Assembly: GCA_002633005.1 (NCBI GenBank) | Contig: NMRA01000353.1 | Location: 257,625 to 321,624 of the forward strand | Length of the DNA stretch: 64,000 nt | Direction of reading: 5' to 3' | Source of the DNA: Phoronis australis | Lineage: Eukaryota; Animalia; Phoronida | Part shown: positions 1-11,776 of the stretch, piece by piece | Layout of the letters: each line of letters begins with the position of its first letter | Position numbering within the stretch: position 1 is the first letter of the stretch | Notes under the pieces: generated by a model | The model's input: only the letters and a program-made list of their open reading frames with translations | Told to the model about the DNA's origin: nothing | Databases searched by the model: none | Translations under genes and position numbers: made by a program

Positions 1-2289
1 AAATTATTTAAGTATTAAATTATTTTATGTAAGCTATACTGCCTCCGCCTCATNAAAAGGTTTAAAAAACGTGTGCTACTATGACCAGCCAGTGGGTACA
101 AGTGGGCACAAGTAAAAACTTTCAAATGCATTTGAAAGTTTTCTTGCCCGACAATACCTACTCCAAGTTTTAATGGAATTAACCACCACTGTCGTGGACA
201 TTTACAAAATTTTTGGACAAAGGCGGTTCCCTACAAATCAGTGCAAACAAGGTGCCTTTATTACGAGTCCACTCTATACAGGGAGATTCTTATTTCCAAG
301 TGCACCCCCTCCCCCCCCTCACCCCGTCAACTCTACTGGAGACTTGCGTATCTTAGGTCTTTACCCCATGCCTTTATGGCTCTATAATACGAAAGCTATT
401 CGAAAAAACACAACACTGGGTAGAGAGAATCTCGCCAAGTTTGAGACGCAACACCGATGCAGAATTTATGGTACGAATCGCAGAACTAATGCAAGCTCAC
501 GATGTTCAACACGAACAATGGAAATGGACCACGCATAGCCAGCGAATGGGATTAATGAGTTGGACACTGGCTAAAAAGTTTATCTACTACGTTTGTTTGA
601 ATGAGGTGAATTCACAAAACGACGTCTTACCTGCGATCACTAACCTTATGTCCTGTAACTAACACAGATTTTAGACAAAGGATGCCACCGCTATTGTTAC
701 AGTTCACAAGATATCATATAACACTCACTGACCAGACCATGTAAAACACTCACATGTGCTTAGAATGAGACATACTTGGCAATAGATGTCGCCTTCAACC
801 GAGGAAACGCAACGATTCGGCATTTCACCAGGTGGCGAGACCGTCTAGTCCAATGAGTAGGTCATTGGTCTCGTTCTCGAGTCATTTCATAAAGTACACA
901 CCAAAACCCATAAACAAAACACGCACCAGTAGATCAGCTAACGAATTGGAACACATGCAAACATGTTACATATTGTATTACATTGTATTCGTTTCCGTAG
1001 GTTTAATATTCTCTTAACGTATTTGGTGAATGTCTGGCATCTCAGACACCCTGATGAATTACAAAAACCGTGCACATCAAAATTTTAAGACAGTCATGCA
1101 CAAGAAGGAAGATTTATTTTTCATCAAACAATGTTTGACAGAAAGTGTGGGAGGGGTGTTTCGGTCCTCGGGTGTCTTGGCTGATGCCCGGGATTCCTGC
1201 TTTAAAGGTCGGGGTTCTTCGTGTTTTTCGGGCTCAGTGCACGGCTAGCTGTTTTGAAGGAGCGGGAGTCTGTTCGACTCTGGGATATCTCTTTTCATCG
1301 GCGTCCCTGTTTCGATGGAACACCCTGTGTTAAGTGTTTTGTAATACATTTATTGTTTGTTAATAACGGTTTTGTTTAATAGTGCCAAGTCCAATGTGTT
1401 TTTCGTAAAAGATAAGCTTGTTTGTGTTGGTAACGAATCTGCCGTAAAGACAAACTAGGCGGTCAAAATTTTACTTTCCATTTTCATGTTGTTTTTTGTG
1501 ATATTATATTTTGAATGCAAAAATATATTAAAAAACTGCCAGTAGCATTTCCACATTGACAACTATTAAAATTTTACTGCATGCTACAGACACTGACCGG
1601 TCCACAAGGACTAAGAGTAACGTCGTAAAACCGTTTTGTCAGGCTGACACGTTTTAACGTAAAACAGCTGACAAACTTAGAATTAGATGTATTGTGTGCG
1701 CGCAACCACGCCATGTTCAAAACACCACAGCGTCTACAGCGCCACTGATATGCGATATTCACTCAGGAACCAAACCGATGTCATTTTGCAGATAAAGACT
1801 TCAACTGCTTATGCTTGAAGTGCTCATGAACAGTTATTTTTAAATTTTCAAATCATATTTGAAAACACGTTGTGTCCATCCCTGGTAATGTCTTCCTGGA
1901 AGTATGAAAGAACCAGCAAGATGGCCTGTGGCTGCCTGTTTTGCATACACTAGGCGGGCGATAACTTTGTAAAAAAATGCTCACCCGTTATTTTCATTGA
2001 TAAAATAAAGTGTAATAAGCAGTATGTATGTAAACAGTTATCTGTAAATGATAGATTGGATATTAGTTCACTGCCAAAACTCAAATTATCTCCCTTGCAG
2101 TTTATCTTCCTAATATGCAAATTATAAATCATGAACCTGGCCAAAAAGTTGTGACCTGACCTTGATCGTAGGAAAACATGTTTGTCAACGGACGATTTTT
2201 AAAATGAAGACAAGTAAATTGCACCAGTGGTAACAAGACTGACTTTGTTCCAGACAAACTATTAGTAGTCATATGTGGTTGAGATTTTT

Positions 2290-2720
2290 GAGGGTTTCTG
2301 CCAGGTACCGAATCCAGAATGTATTTTGTCTGTCAGGGCATTTAGTGACCTTGCATGTATTGAACCTCATGGAATTGGTTTTGTGTGGTACCTCGAATGT
2401 ATGTGCTGGCTCATTTTTTTGGGGGGGAGGGACCTTTTTTGGTTTCTGCCTGACCCATTCCAGAGTGCAATTTGTCTGTCATGGGTCATTTGGTGTTCAG
2501 TGCGGTACTAGTGTTCGTTTAAAATCAGTTTTGGCCGGTATCTCGAAAATCTAGTCTAGCTCATTTTTGGGCGCTTTGTAAGGCCCCCAGGGGTCACACC
2601 CAGAGCGCAGACAACAGCAGACGTCCATTTCTGTACATACTGAGGTGGACTCTAAATGCTCCCGTGGTCAGATGTTGGTACCTCGTTCATCTATGCTAAG
2701 TGCTCTGGGCTGCCAGTCTA
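2290..2720. repeat. Dispersed repeat, inverted copy at about 42203-42628 just upstream of the THAP exon 1
   Basis: Reverse-complement match over about 430 bp, with an internal direct repeat (ggtttctgcc..tttgtctgtca). Confidence 0.85.
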
Positions 2721-4959
2721 TCAGTTGATCGACTAGTTCCTAACAAAGACTAGGCCTATCCGATCTATTTGGGTTCATAATTGATCTTAAAACGACGTTA
2801 GGTAACTCAGCAACTAAGAATGGCGCTCACTTGAAGGGCTGGCCTCGTGATCATACTAGCAGTCGTTCATTTTCAACGACAACAACCCAAAAGCTCACAC
2901 TCCGCATATAATAATATCAGGAAATCCACAGCACTGATACAAATTCGTTATGTACAGAATAACTACAAAATAAGAAACAAATGGTGTTTTATTTCTTCTC
3001 TACATTTTCTCATGTGAAAGTAACGACTCCTATTAGGCTCGTCAATTCACGTGACTTTTACAAGTAAGGAGGTCAATACAATGGAAACTTGACTGTATTT
3101 TGTGTTCGCACGTTGCGCTTTAAAGCCCGCAACGAGGCTAGCCAGCTAGCTTTATGCAGTAATTCAGCATCAAAAGTACAACTCCTGAGTAAAAATTTTA
3201 TTTATAACAGCGTTTTACAAAGGATACGATTCAGCCCGGGGGTTCAGTGGGCCTGTGTCAATTTTAAATAGGGTCAGCAGCAAGAAGCGGCGAGGAAGAG
3301 GGATGTGCCCCAATAATACGCAAGCGGAGGAAAAACCTTGGTAATGACGACCCGACATGTACTTGTTAGGCGGGGAGGCAGGGGCAGTTACCCCCCCTCC
3401 CCCCAACCGGAGGAAATGGTAAAAGACAGTGAAACATGTAGGAAAGAGAACTTAAGATTAAAAAGAGAACATTTGTTTACGGCGTAACAGTCCACTATTT
3501 ACCGGCCTTTGGCCACTTGCCGGGACCCTAGCTTTTTAAAAATGCATACTATGTTTCCCAACGGGTACTTTACGATTTTTCTTAATAGTCCGAGAAGTTA
3601 ATATGCAAGTCGTTTCCAGAGCAGATTCAGAGATTCAGACATGATTTATTTCATACTGACATTTTTAGAGAATGCAGAGTTGAGCTTCCTTTCTAGCAGG
3701 GAATAATAGATTCGGCCCCGTCTACGTGCGTCTACGTGCGTCTACGCCCCACTACACGGTTCCTCGTTGCAATTTTTAATCGTTTGACGTGACGCATGAA
3801 GGAGAAGGGTTCTGGTGATATGAATAATAGACACTCATCTCCAGTTTCTTGTCTCTGTACGTTCATCTTAGTCGTCGCTCTTGAAGGAAGGTCCCGATGG
3901 TGGAATCATTTGTCACCTTTTCTCTTTACTCATAGTTAGTAACTAATGAAACTGAAGAAAACAGTTGTAATGTCGGATTCCGAATGTTAAAAAAATATTG
4001 GCAACCACGACGGTAGTACCGTATGGAATCATTGATTTGTTCGTGACCGGTACGTACAGTATTACAGAAATCGGACCGAACGGCAAAAAACCGCGACACA
4101 GATGGTGAGGATTGTGAGGAAGAAGCTCGGCCACGTCACAAACCACAATTTATCGTCCTAATCAAGTCAGGATTGGCCTAGTGACGTTCACAGCGACATT
4201 TCGTTCGAAGAATCCTGAGACCCTGTAATGTCGGAGTCTGATGATTTCCAAAGTTTTAGATTTGAATAATTCAGTTCGACAATGGACTGCTCCAACAAAC
4301 GATTCAGAAGTTCCAGTGACACTGCTCTGATGACAACCCTTCCGTTAAAACGCCATCTGAACTCGAATGAGTAGATTTGTGGCATTCAACGAAATTATTC
4401 ACTAGCTACCTCTAAAGTATAAAAGTATAAAAACATTTTTGTACTCTAGATCTAGTTGTATGTCGCCTGTTCTGTATACCATAGGCGTAGGAAGGATTTG
4501 ATGGTGAAGGGGGGCGGGGGGAGTCCTCACGGACATTCCATCTGGCATCACAACTACGACACAGGGGTTGAGGGTCGATGTCATGAATGCAACTGCAATA
4601 AGAGCCGCATTTGTGTTTTGTTGTCTCCCTTGCTCCATAAGCTTGCATTGTATTATTGAATTACACTATAGTTAAAAGGAATTTTCAGTTAGGGAGAGGC
4701 GAAGTCAGAAAATGCTGAAGATTTGATGTCTAAAAACAGGAAATATTATCTCCAGGTGACATAAGTGTTACATTATGCTGACTGTTGTAACGTCTACTTT
4801 AACTCAGTGCGCATTGTCACTTACCGGATGAATTACGAAGAACAATAGGAAAGATGCTTTATTCCAAACTGCACATGAACAAAAGGCACCAACGCGTACT
4901 TAAGTACAGTACTCTAAGAAAAGTTGTCGAAAAACGCAGCCCTCCTGTCGTTAGCTGAA

Positions 4960-7270
4960 ACAAATTTTCATGCTGTCACCCAGTCAAAGTAAGTCTGTCG
5001 CTTCCTTATGGACATGAAGAAGCATCGCGTTGTTCAATCTCCCCTGTGTCATGGACAACCTCAGATATGACTCTAAGCGGATGAGTGACGAAAAGACTCT
5101 TTCATCTGTGGCTCTGGGATTTTTAGGTGCAATCTTACCAAAGTCACAACCTCACTTAGCATATTCGTGGCGACCGACAACTCTTGTCTAATGCTCACCA
5201 AAGTCCAAATACTAGTTAGTTTTCTCAATTTTCCAAACTGTGGATTAGCTTTTGCCATATCAACAAGATCAGGAGAAGATCGATCTGGTGACTTAACTTT
5301 CTCAGATCAACATCTGTTTCTGATCACATCAGGTAATAATCTTTTGTCGTCTCCTGACTAAGCTGCACGAAGAGATCAGTTCTTCAATGGCTTTCGTGTT
5401 ACTGAACCTCTCTAGGTAGAACCGCTTATCCATTCCTCCCATTACCTTGTCGAATAATTTCAGTACATCTGGTGAGAATATCCTTTGAGAGAAAAAACAG
5501 GTGACGAGTAGATAACCCTTCTTCAAATCTGTTTAGTGCTCGTAGGTATCTTGGCAGCACAGGTTCGTTGGTGAGATCTCTTACCTTCACACACAAAAAT
5601 CGCCGTAAAAGGAATCGAACTCTCCTTCCTTTCTTAGCTTCAGGAGGTGATGTTGTATCAACAGCTTCGCCAGTAAAACTTCTTGAACGGAGAAGTCCTT
5701 GCCTTGAATTATAGCGGACATTTACTGTGTCGAACTAAACTGCATATCCAAGTCGAATACTAAAATGTGTGAACATAGGCGAATTTAGTGGGGCAGCCCC
5801 CCCCCCTTGGCTGCCGCAAAAAATAAAACAGCAAAAAACGGAAATTCACATGCGGCTGACGGGGGTGGAGGGGGCAGACCCGATTGCAAGTGTCCGGCTC
5901 AGACGACCCACGCAATCGTTTTCCCGTTTTTTTTTTTAGTCCTCCGTTAGTCTTTAGTAGAAAGGTCTAACAATTCAGTAATTCGAGCCCCCCTATCTTT
6001 CAGGCTCGGTGCGCGCATGCAATAGTGCTTTGCGCAATTGCCCGAGACAAAACGTTGCACCCCCTTATGATATCCTAGAACCGCCGCTGGTGAACAATGG
6101 TTCCACCTGAGCTAGCACACCTCGAGCTTGCTTTTTGTCCATACTCATCGTGTTGTTCATTGTTGAATTGTTCCACAGTGCGTTGAAGTGCTTCATAGTT
6201 TTCTACCACGGCTTTAATAGTCCCTCCCGGGCAGTCCATCTGGTAGGGCACCAAGGTTTGATGTTCCCGTCACTATGAACTTTCTCCTTGCAGAGGCAGA
6301 AGAGAGGCGACCAGTTTATAAACTGAGATATTGCTTAAAATGTTAAGAGCATATCTCAAAGATTTGCTTTTGCGTGTCGCATCTTGCTACATAAGATTTA
6401 AGCAATGCACGAAACAAAACGAGAAGGTCCAACGGTGTAGCAACCCCATTCAGTCCCCGACCATATGTTGCTTGCTCCATCGTATGCCTGTCCACGACAA
6501 AGAGCTAAAGGCAACAAAAAGCGTAGCAACACGTCCTGAATAGCTGCTGCAATGGTGTCTGCGTGAGTCGATGGCACGTTCATCAATGTGAGGAGATTTT
6601 CATGAATTTCCAAGTTGTCGTCGACATGTCTTACGCAAAAGGGACAGCTGCTCCAGATTTGAAATGTCTCTCACTCCATCTGCAAAAATAACAAACTATT
6701 TACCATTACGAATGTTGCTCAATAGCTGCCGCAACAGGAATTGTCCCATCAGTTTTATGTGTTCGTTGTCTGTATCTGGCGACAAATAATTATCTCCCTC
6801 CAACCATGGCAGCAGATCTGATGGGTCTTCATTCTGAAGCTTCAATAAATGAAGGAAATTGCTTTCTTCCAGCTTGTGATCACGAATAGCTAGACTTTGA
6901 GGCAATAAAAATTTCAGACTTGACAACTGTTTCAGGAGCATGCATTTGTATAGTGCTTGATCTTTTTTTCGGACATCAAAACGGAACCGTGCTCAATGAA
7001 TGCTTATTCCGTTTTCTTGCTAAATGTTAACGGGTTTTGTCTAAGTGCTTTTCTACATGGAAATCAGTACACAGCAATTGTGATCACACAACGGTTCAAA
7101 AAGGGATGCAGTGGGGCACAAGGGAGCCATGACCGCACCTACTCAATTCAAAGAAGTATTTCAGCGCGCGTCTACATTGGCTTCTTAATTTGTTTCCGCC
7201 GTTTGGGAAGAAATTTCGCTTGCGCAGTCAGATCGAATGACGATTACCCGCCGAAATCGCAAAGACAAAT
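4960..7270 (-). pseudogene. Degenerate hAT transposase (ZMYM1/DUF4371-like with hATC dimerization region)
   Basis: Fragments: ESNFLHLLKL..YLSPDTDNEHIKLMG, LCRGQAYDGASN, and MLSEVVTLVRL..ESF followed by a frameshifted hATC-like segment. Multiple stops and frameshifts. Confidence 0.75.
5774..6089. mobile_element. MITE with CATAGGCG..CGCCGCTG termini and 5-bp TSD GTGAA (hAT5-like)
   Basis: TSD at 5769-5773 and 6090-6094. Ends are shared with 42955-43925. Confidence 0.8.
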
Positions 7271-7521
7271 CGTATGAAACAAACTTAAAAATAATAATAC
7301 ATATCTGCATTAATGTTTGTAATTAATTAAATAACAAAAATACAAAGTGGGAAATAATCGCTTCCCACATTTAGCCTCGTCGTCATTTCTGACTATGCCA
7401 TCGTGACTCTGTAGTGAAACTGACAAGCATGATGATGCTGTACTTATTTCATCTCTCGGAGAATTGCTGTAACTCTCGTTTTCTTTAGATTTTTTACTAT
7501 GGAATCAACATAATCGACTAT

Positions 7522-7894
7522 TGGAGAGTATGGTACTGGCCAGTTGAAGTTGGATGCAGGGGATTTGTTGGGGAGTCAGTATGGAGGGCATTTCGTGCCA
7601 GGGTGACAGGAAAGGAAAGGAAGAAGGCAGCGAGCGAGCGGAGAGGGCGTCACAGTGGATATGGAAAAAGAGGAACGAACAGTGGTGCAAGAAGTCTAGA
7701 GGACGTGGGCAGGCTCCTGATGCTTCATCAGTGAAGTACTAGAAGAGACGAGACGAGCCATACAGTCCTGGACCGAGCCTGATCAACTCGGTTGGCGCAC
7801 CTCCAAAGGTCATTGTGGACAGCGCCGAAACGGCTGAGGATGAAGACTATCCACCTGAAGACAGGACTGACGCCAATGACATCAGAGCGTTTAA
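7522..7894 (+). repeat. Direct-repeat copy of the HERO 3' end (matches 11388-11776) abutting the 5' end of the element
   Basis: High identity from tggagagtatggtactggcc to gacatcagagcgtttaa, with a few small indels. Confidence 0.95.
7763..7869 (+). ncRNA. Candidate structured RNA / hammerhead-like ribozyme in HERO 3' end (second copy 11645-11751)
   Basis: Perfect 8-bp closing helix CAGTCCTG/CAGGACTG, hairpin ACCGAG/CTCGGT and helix GGCG/CGCC. CTGAAGA and GAAA boxes are flanked by complementary stem I and stem III strands (see findings). Confidence 0.45.
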
Positions 7895-10800
7895 TTTCTT
7901 TATGGGGACAGTGAGTGCTAGGAAGGACTGGCTGACGACTGGGAACAGCACAGTGACAACCTGGAGAGACAGGAGGCAGCTGGGAGAGACCAGCATCTCA
8001 GGATGTGAAGGCTTGGTAGGCCGAAGCAAATCTCCCGCGAGGGGGAACCTGTTCATGATCGCTATAGGCAGATACTTTAAGAAATAGCCCCAGGGCCGCA
8101 CGAGAGTGGGGGAGGATGAGCGACCCAACAGACAGAATTAGACGGAATTGACACAGGACAAAACACGGAAAACGAGACAGAACACGGATACAGCTCCAAT
8201 AGTGACACGTGGATCAAGTCTGAGCTCAACGGCGTCAACACCAGGGAGGAGACAAAAGAGAAGGACTGTTAGACTGAACACACAACCTACTTGTGAACAA
8301 AGGGCGTTGAACAACCCAATTATCTGTATGTGCGGGAAAGTTTGCAAGAACCATAGGGGGTTGCGGATTCACCAGGGCAAAATGGGCTGCCGCGCAGAAC
8401 CGACAATGTCACAACGCACAGAGAAATCTGGTCAGACGGAGGAGGAGGTGGTTCAGGATGCAAACCACAGCGACCACAGCCTCCATATGACAGAGGAAGG
8501 CGACGGCGGGAGCAGAGAAAATGCAGCATCTGAAGGTAGAACAGCAGAAGTTGAGGAGAATAGAAAACAAGAAGAAAGGAGGAGAAGAGTTAAATGGCCA
8601 CCTAGCACCAGTACAAGAGCGTGGCAAGAATTCGAAGAAGACGTGAGCACCGTGATTAACACCACATCAGCAGGGGATGTTGATAAGAAGTTGACAGGTG
8701 TGACGAAATTTATCTACACAATGGGAGCAGGCCGCTTTGGATTAAAAGAAAACAGAACGCATTCATTGGGTCAAGGCAATGAAAACAGTAGCGAGACAGA
8801 GATCACGAAGATTAGGCAAGATTTGCGTAGGCTGAGCAGAAGATATCGTATAGCACAGGAGAATAAAAAGGAGGGCTTAGCTGAGCTGAGACGGGTGCAA
8901 AGAGACAGACTGAAGACCCTGCGAAGAGCCGAGAGATCACGGCGGCATCGGAAAGAAAGGGCCAGGAAACGGACACAATTTACAGCAAATCCGTACCAGT
9001 TCGTGGCAAAACTACTCTGGAAAAAGAACTCAGGCAGTTTGGAGTGTGAGAAAGAAGAAGTGGGAAAGTTTTTTGAAGGAGACTTACAGTGACAGCAAGA
9101 GGAATGAGGACCTCGGAGAATTTGCTTCATTGATTAACCCGAACGAACCGACTGTAGAATTGCACATGAGCCAACCAAGATTACATGAGGTTATGCAGAT
9201 AATAAAGAAGGCAAGATCATCGTCAGCACCAGGACCAGACGGGGTGCCATATAAGGTGTACAAGAGCTGTCCAAGATTAGCCAAGATTCTGTGGAAGCTG
9301 CTTAGAGTTGCGTGGAGAAGATGTAGGTTAGCTGAAAGTTTTCACCACGCAGAAGGATATTTCATTCCAAAGCAAGACAAGGCGAAAGGTCTGCACGAGT
9401 TCAGGACAATATCTTTGCTGAATGTTGAAGGAAAGAACTTTCTGGCGACGGTGGTGAGGAGAATGACAGAGTTCATGATGGCGAACAAGTATATCGACAT
9501 AACAGTGCAAAAAGGAGGCGTTTCAGGGTCTCAGGATGTATCAAGCATACAAGTGTGGTTACCCAGGTCATCGAGGAGGCTAAGGAAAGGAAGGGGAATC
9601 TGGATGTACTGTGGCTTGATCTGGAGAATGCATATGGTTCAATACCACAAAGGTGGTCATGTTGACATTAGACCGGTACCATGTACCAGAGGCGGTAAAA
9701 GGAACGTTACAGGGCTATTCTGACAACATCAAGATGAGGTTCTCTGTGGGTAACTATGTTACAGCGTGTCAAAGATTGGAGGTGGGGATAATAACAGGAT
9801 GTACAGTGTCGGTGATACTGTTCGCAGCAGCGATGAACCTACTTGTGAAGTCAGTAGGAGCGGAAAAGCAGAGGACCACTGTTGGAGTCAGGGGTCAGAC
9901 AACCACCGACGAGAGCATTTATGGATGACGTGACTGTGACTACCAAGTCTTACACAGAAGGGAAGTGGGCACTGGAAGACCTAGAGAGGATAATTGCATG
10001 GGCACGTATGAAGTTTAAATCGGCAAAGTCAAGGAGTTTACTGCTTAAGGACAGCAAGGTGGCAAATGAGAGATTCAGGCTAAGCGACGACGTAATACCA
10101 ACAGGGAAGGAAAAACCAGTGAAGAGTCTGCCGGGAAAATGGTTCGACAGTACTCTCAAAAATGTTGTCAGTGTGGCTGCAATCAAAGGCCAAGTAGAAG
10201 ACTGGATGTCAGCAGTGGATAAATTTGGATTGCCAGGCAAGTTTAAAAGCATGGATTTACCAGCATGGAGTGCTTCCTAGGGCACTGTGGCCGCTATTGG
10301 TGTACAATGTTCCAACGTCAACAGCAGAGACAGTGGAGCATCTAGTGAGTTCCTTTCTACGTAGGTGGTTGGGTGTACCAAGGAGTTTTAGCAGTGTAGG
10401 ATTATACAGCACTGGGTCCAAGCTGCAGTTACCCATCACATAGCTGGTGGAGGAGTTTAAAGTTGGGAAGGTGCGTCAAGTGTTAACTCTGAGGGACAGT
10501 GTCGACGAGAAAGTGCGAGGAGCCAGAGTCAGGGTCGATGTAGTAAGAAAGTGGCTTGCCTCACAGGCACTCAAGCAGGCAGAGGAAAGACTCAGGCACG
10601 AGGACATTGTAGGCACAGTTGCAGTGGGCAGACAAGGACTTGGTTTGTTTCCACAGGCACGTTGGGGAGAAGCGAGTCCTAAGGAGAGACGTAGCATGGG
10701 GCAGCAGCAAGTGAGAAGCATGTAAGAAGAAACAAGAAGAGCCAGAGCAGCAGACATGAGGCAGTAAGGCAGTTGAATGAATTGTCAGGGAGCTAGACAG

Positions 10801-11776
10801 AGGAGTTTGAAGAGGCAAGAGATCTGGACAATGCAGGGGAGCAGACTGAGGTTTTTGCTGAGGCCTGTGTATGATGTTTTGCCCAGCCCAACCAATTTGC
10901 GTGTGTGGGGTTAGTGGAAGACCCGACTTGTGTATTGTGTAAGAAACAAGCAAACCTGGAACACGTGCTGTCATCATGCTCATCAGCGTTATCAGACGGG
11001 CGATATACTTGGAGGCATGACCAGGTGCTGGAGGTGATCGCGGAGAGCCTCGAGAGGGAACGCAAGAAGGAACGAAAAGTGCTGAAGGGGCCTCAGTTTG
11101 TTACTTTTGTGCTGGCGGGTACGTCAACTCGGGGACATACAGGAGGAGAATGTGTACTGAACACGGCAAAAGACTGGAAAATGAACTTCGATCTGTACCG
11201 AAGGATGACCTTCCCAAGTGAGACAGCGGAGACAAGTCTGAGGCCATACATCGTGATGTGGTCACCGGCAACGAAGCAGGTAATATTGCTGGAGCTGACA
11301 GTGCCATGGGAAGAGCGGATAGAAGAAGCACATGAAACGAAGAAAGAAAAATATCAATAGTTGTGCGAGGAATGTCGAAGTAGGGGGTGGAGAGTATGGT
11401 ACTGGCCAGTTGAAGTTGGATGCTAGGGATTTGTTGGGCAGTCAGTATGGAGGGCATTTCGTGCATCAGAGGTGACAAGAAAGGAAAGGAAGAAGGCCAT
11501 CGGTGTTCTAAGCGAGCGAGCGGAGAGGGCGTCACAGTGGATATGGAAGAAGAGGAACGAACAGTGGTGCAAGAAGACTAGGGGAAGTGGGCAGGCTCCT
11601 GATGCTGCATCAGTGAAGTTGTACGAGAGACGAGACGAGCCATACAGTCCTGGACCGAGCCTGATCAACTCGGTTGGCGCACCTCCAAAGGTCAATGTGG
11701 GCAGCGCCGAAACGGCTGAGGATGGAGACTATCCACCTGAAGACAGGACTGACGCCAATGACATCAGAGCGTTTAA
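7895..11776 (+). mobile_element. HERO-like non-LTR retrotransposon (restriction-like endonuclease type), near full length, degenerate
   Basis: Frameshifted or stop-interrupted single ORF, about 8148-11600. Motifs: N-terminal CxCGKxCxNxRGLxIHxxxMxC finger; RT motifs SAPGPDG, RTISLLNVEGK, GIITGC, AFMDD, MKFKSAKSRSL; CCHC knuckle CVLC..HVLSSC; RYTWRHDQVL; LRP(Y)IV..LLELTVPWE endonuclease. No poly(A) tail or TSD seen. Confidence 0.85.

Noticed and set aside
173-1333. Short ORFs and a GC-rich stretch at the window start
   Set aside because: No recognisable motif or splice pattern; cannot be supported.
7522-11776. LTR retrotransposon interpretation of the flanking direct repeats
   Set aside because: No TG..CA ends, PBS, gag, protease or integrase. 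The repeat includes endonuclease coding sequence and the RT is non-LTR type.
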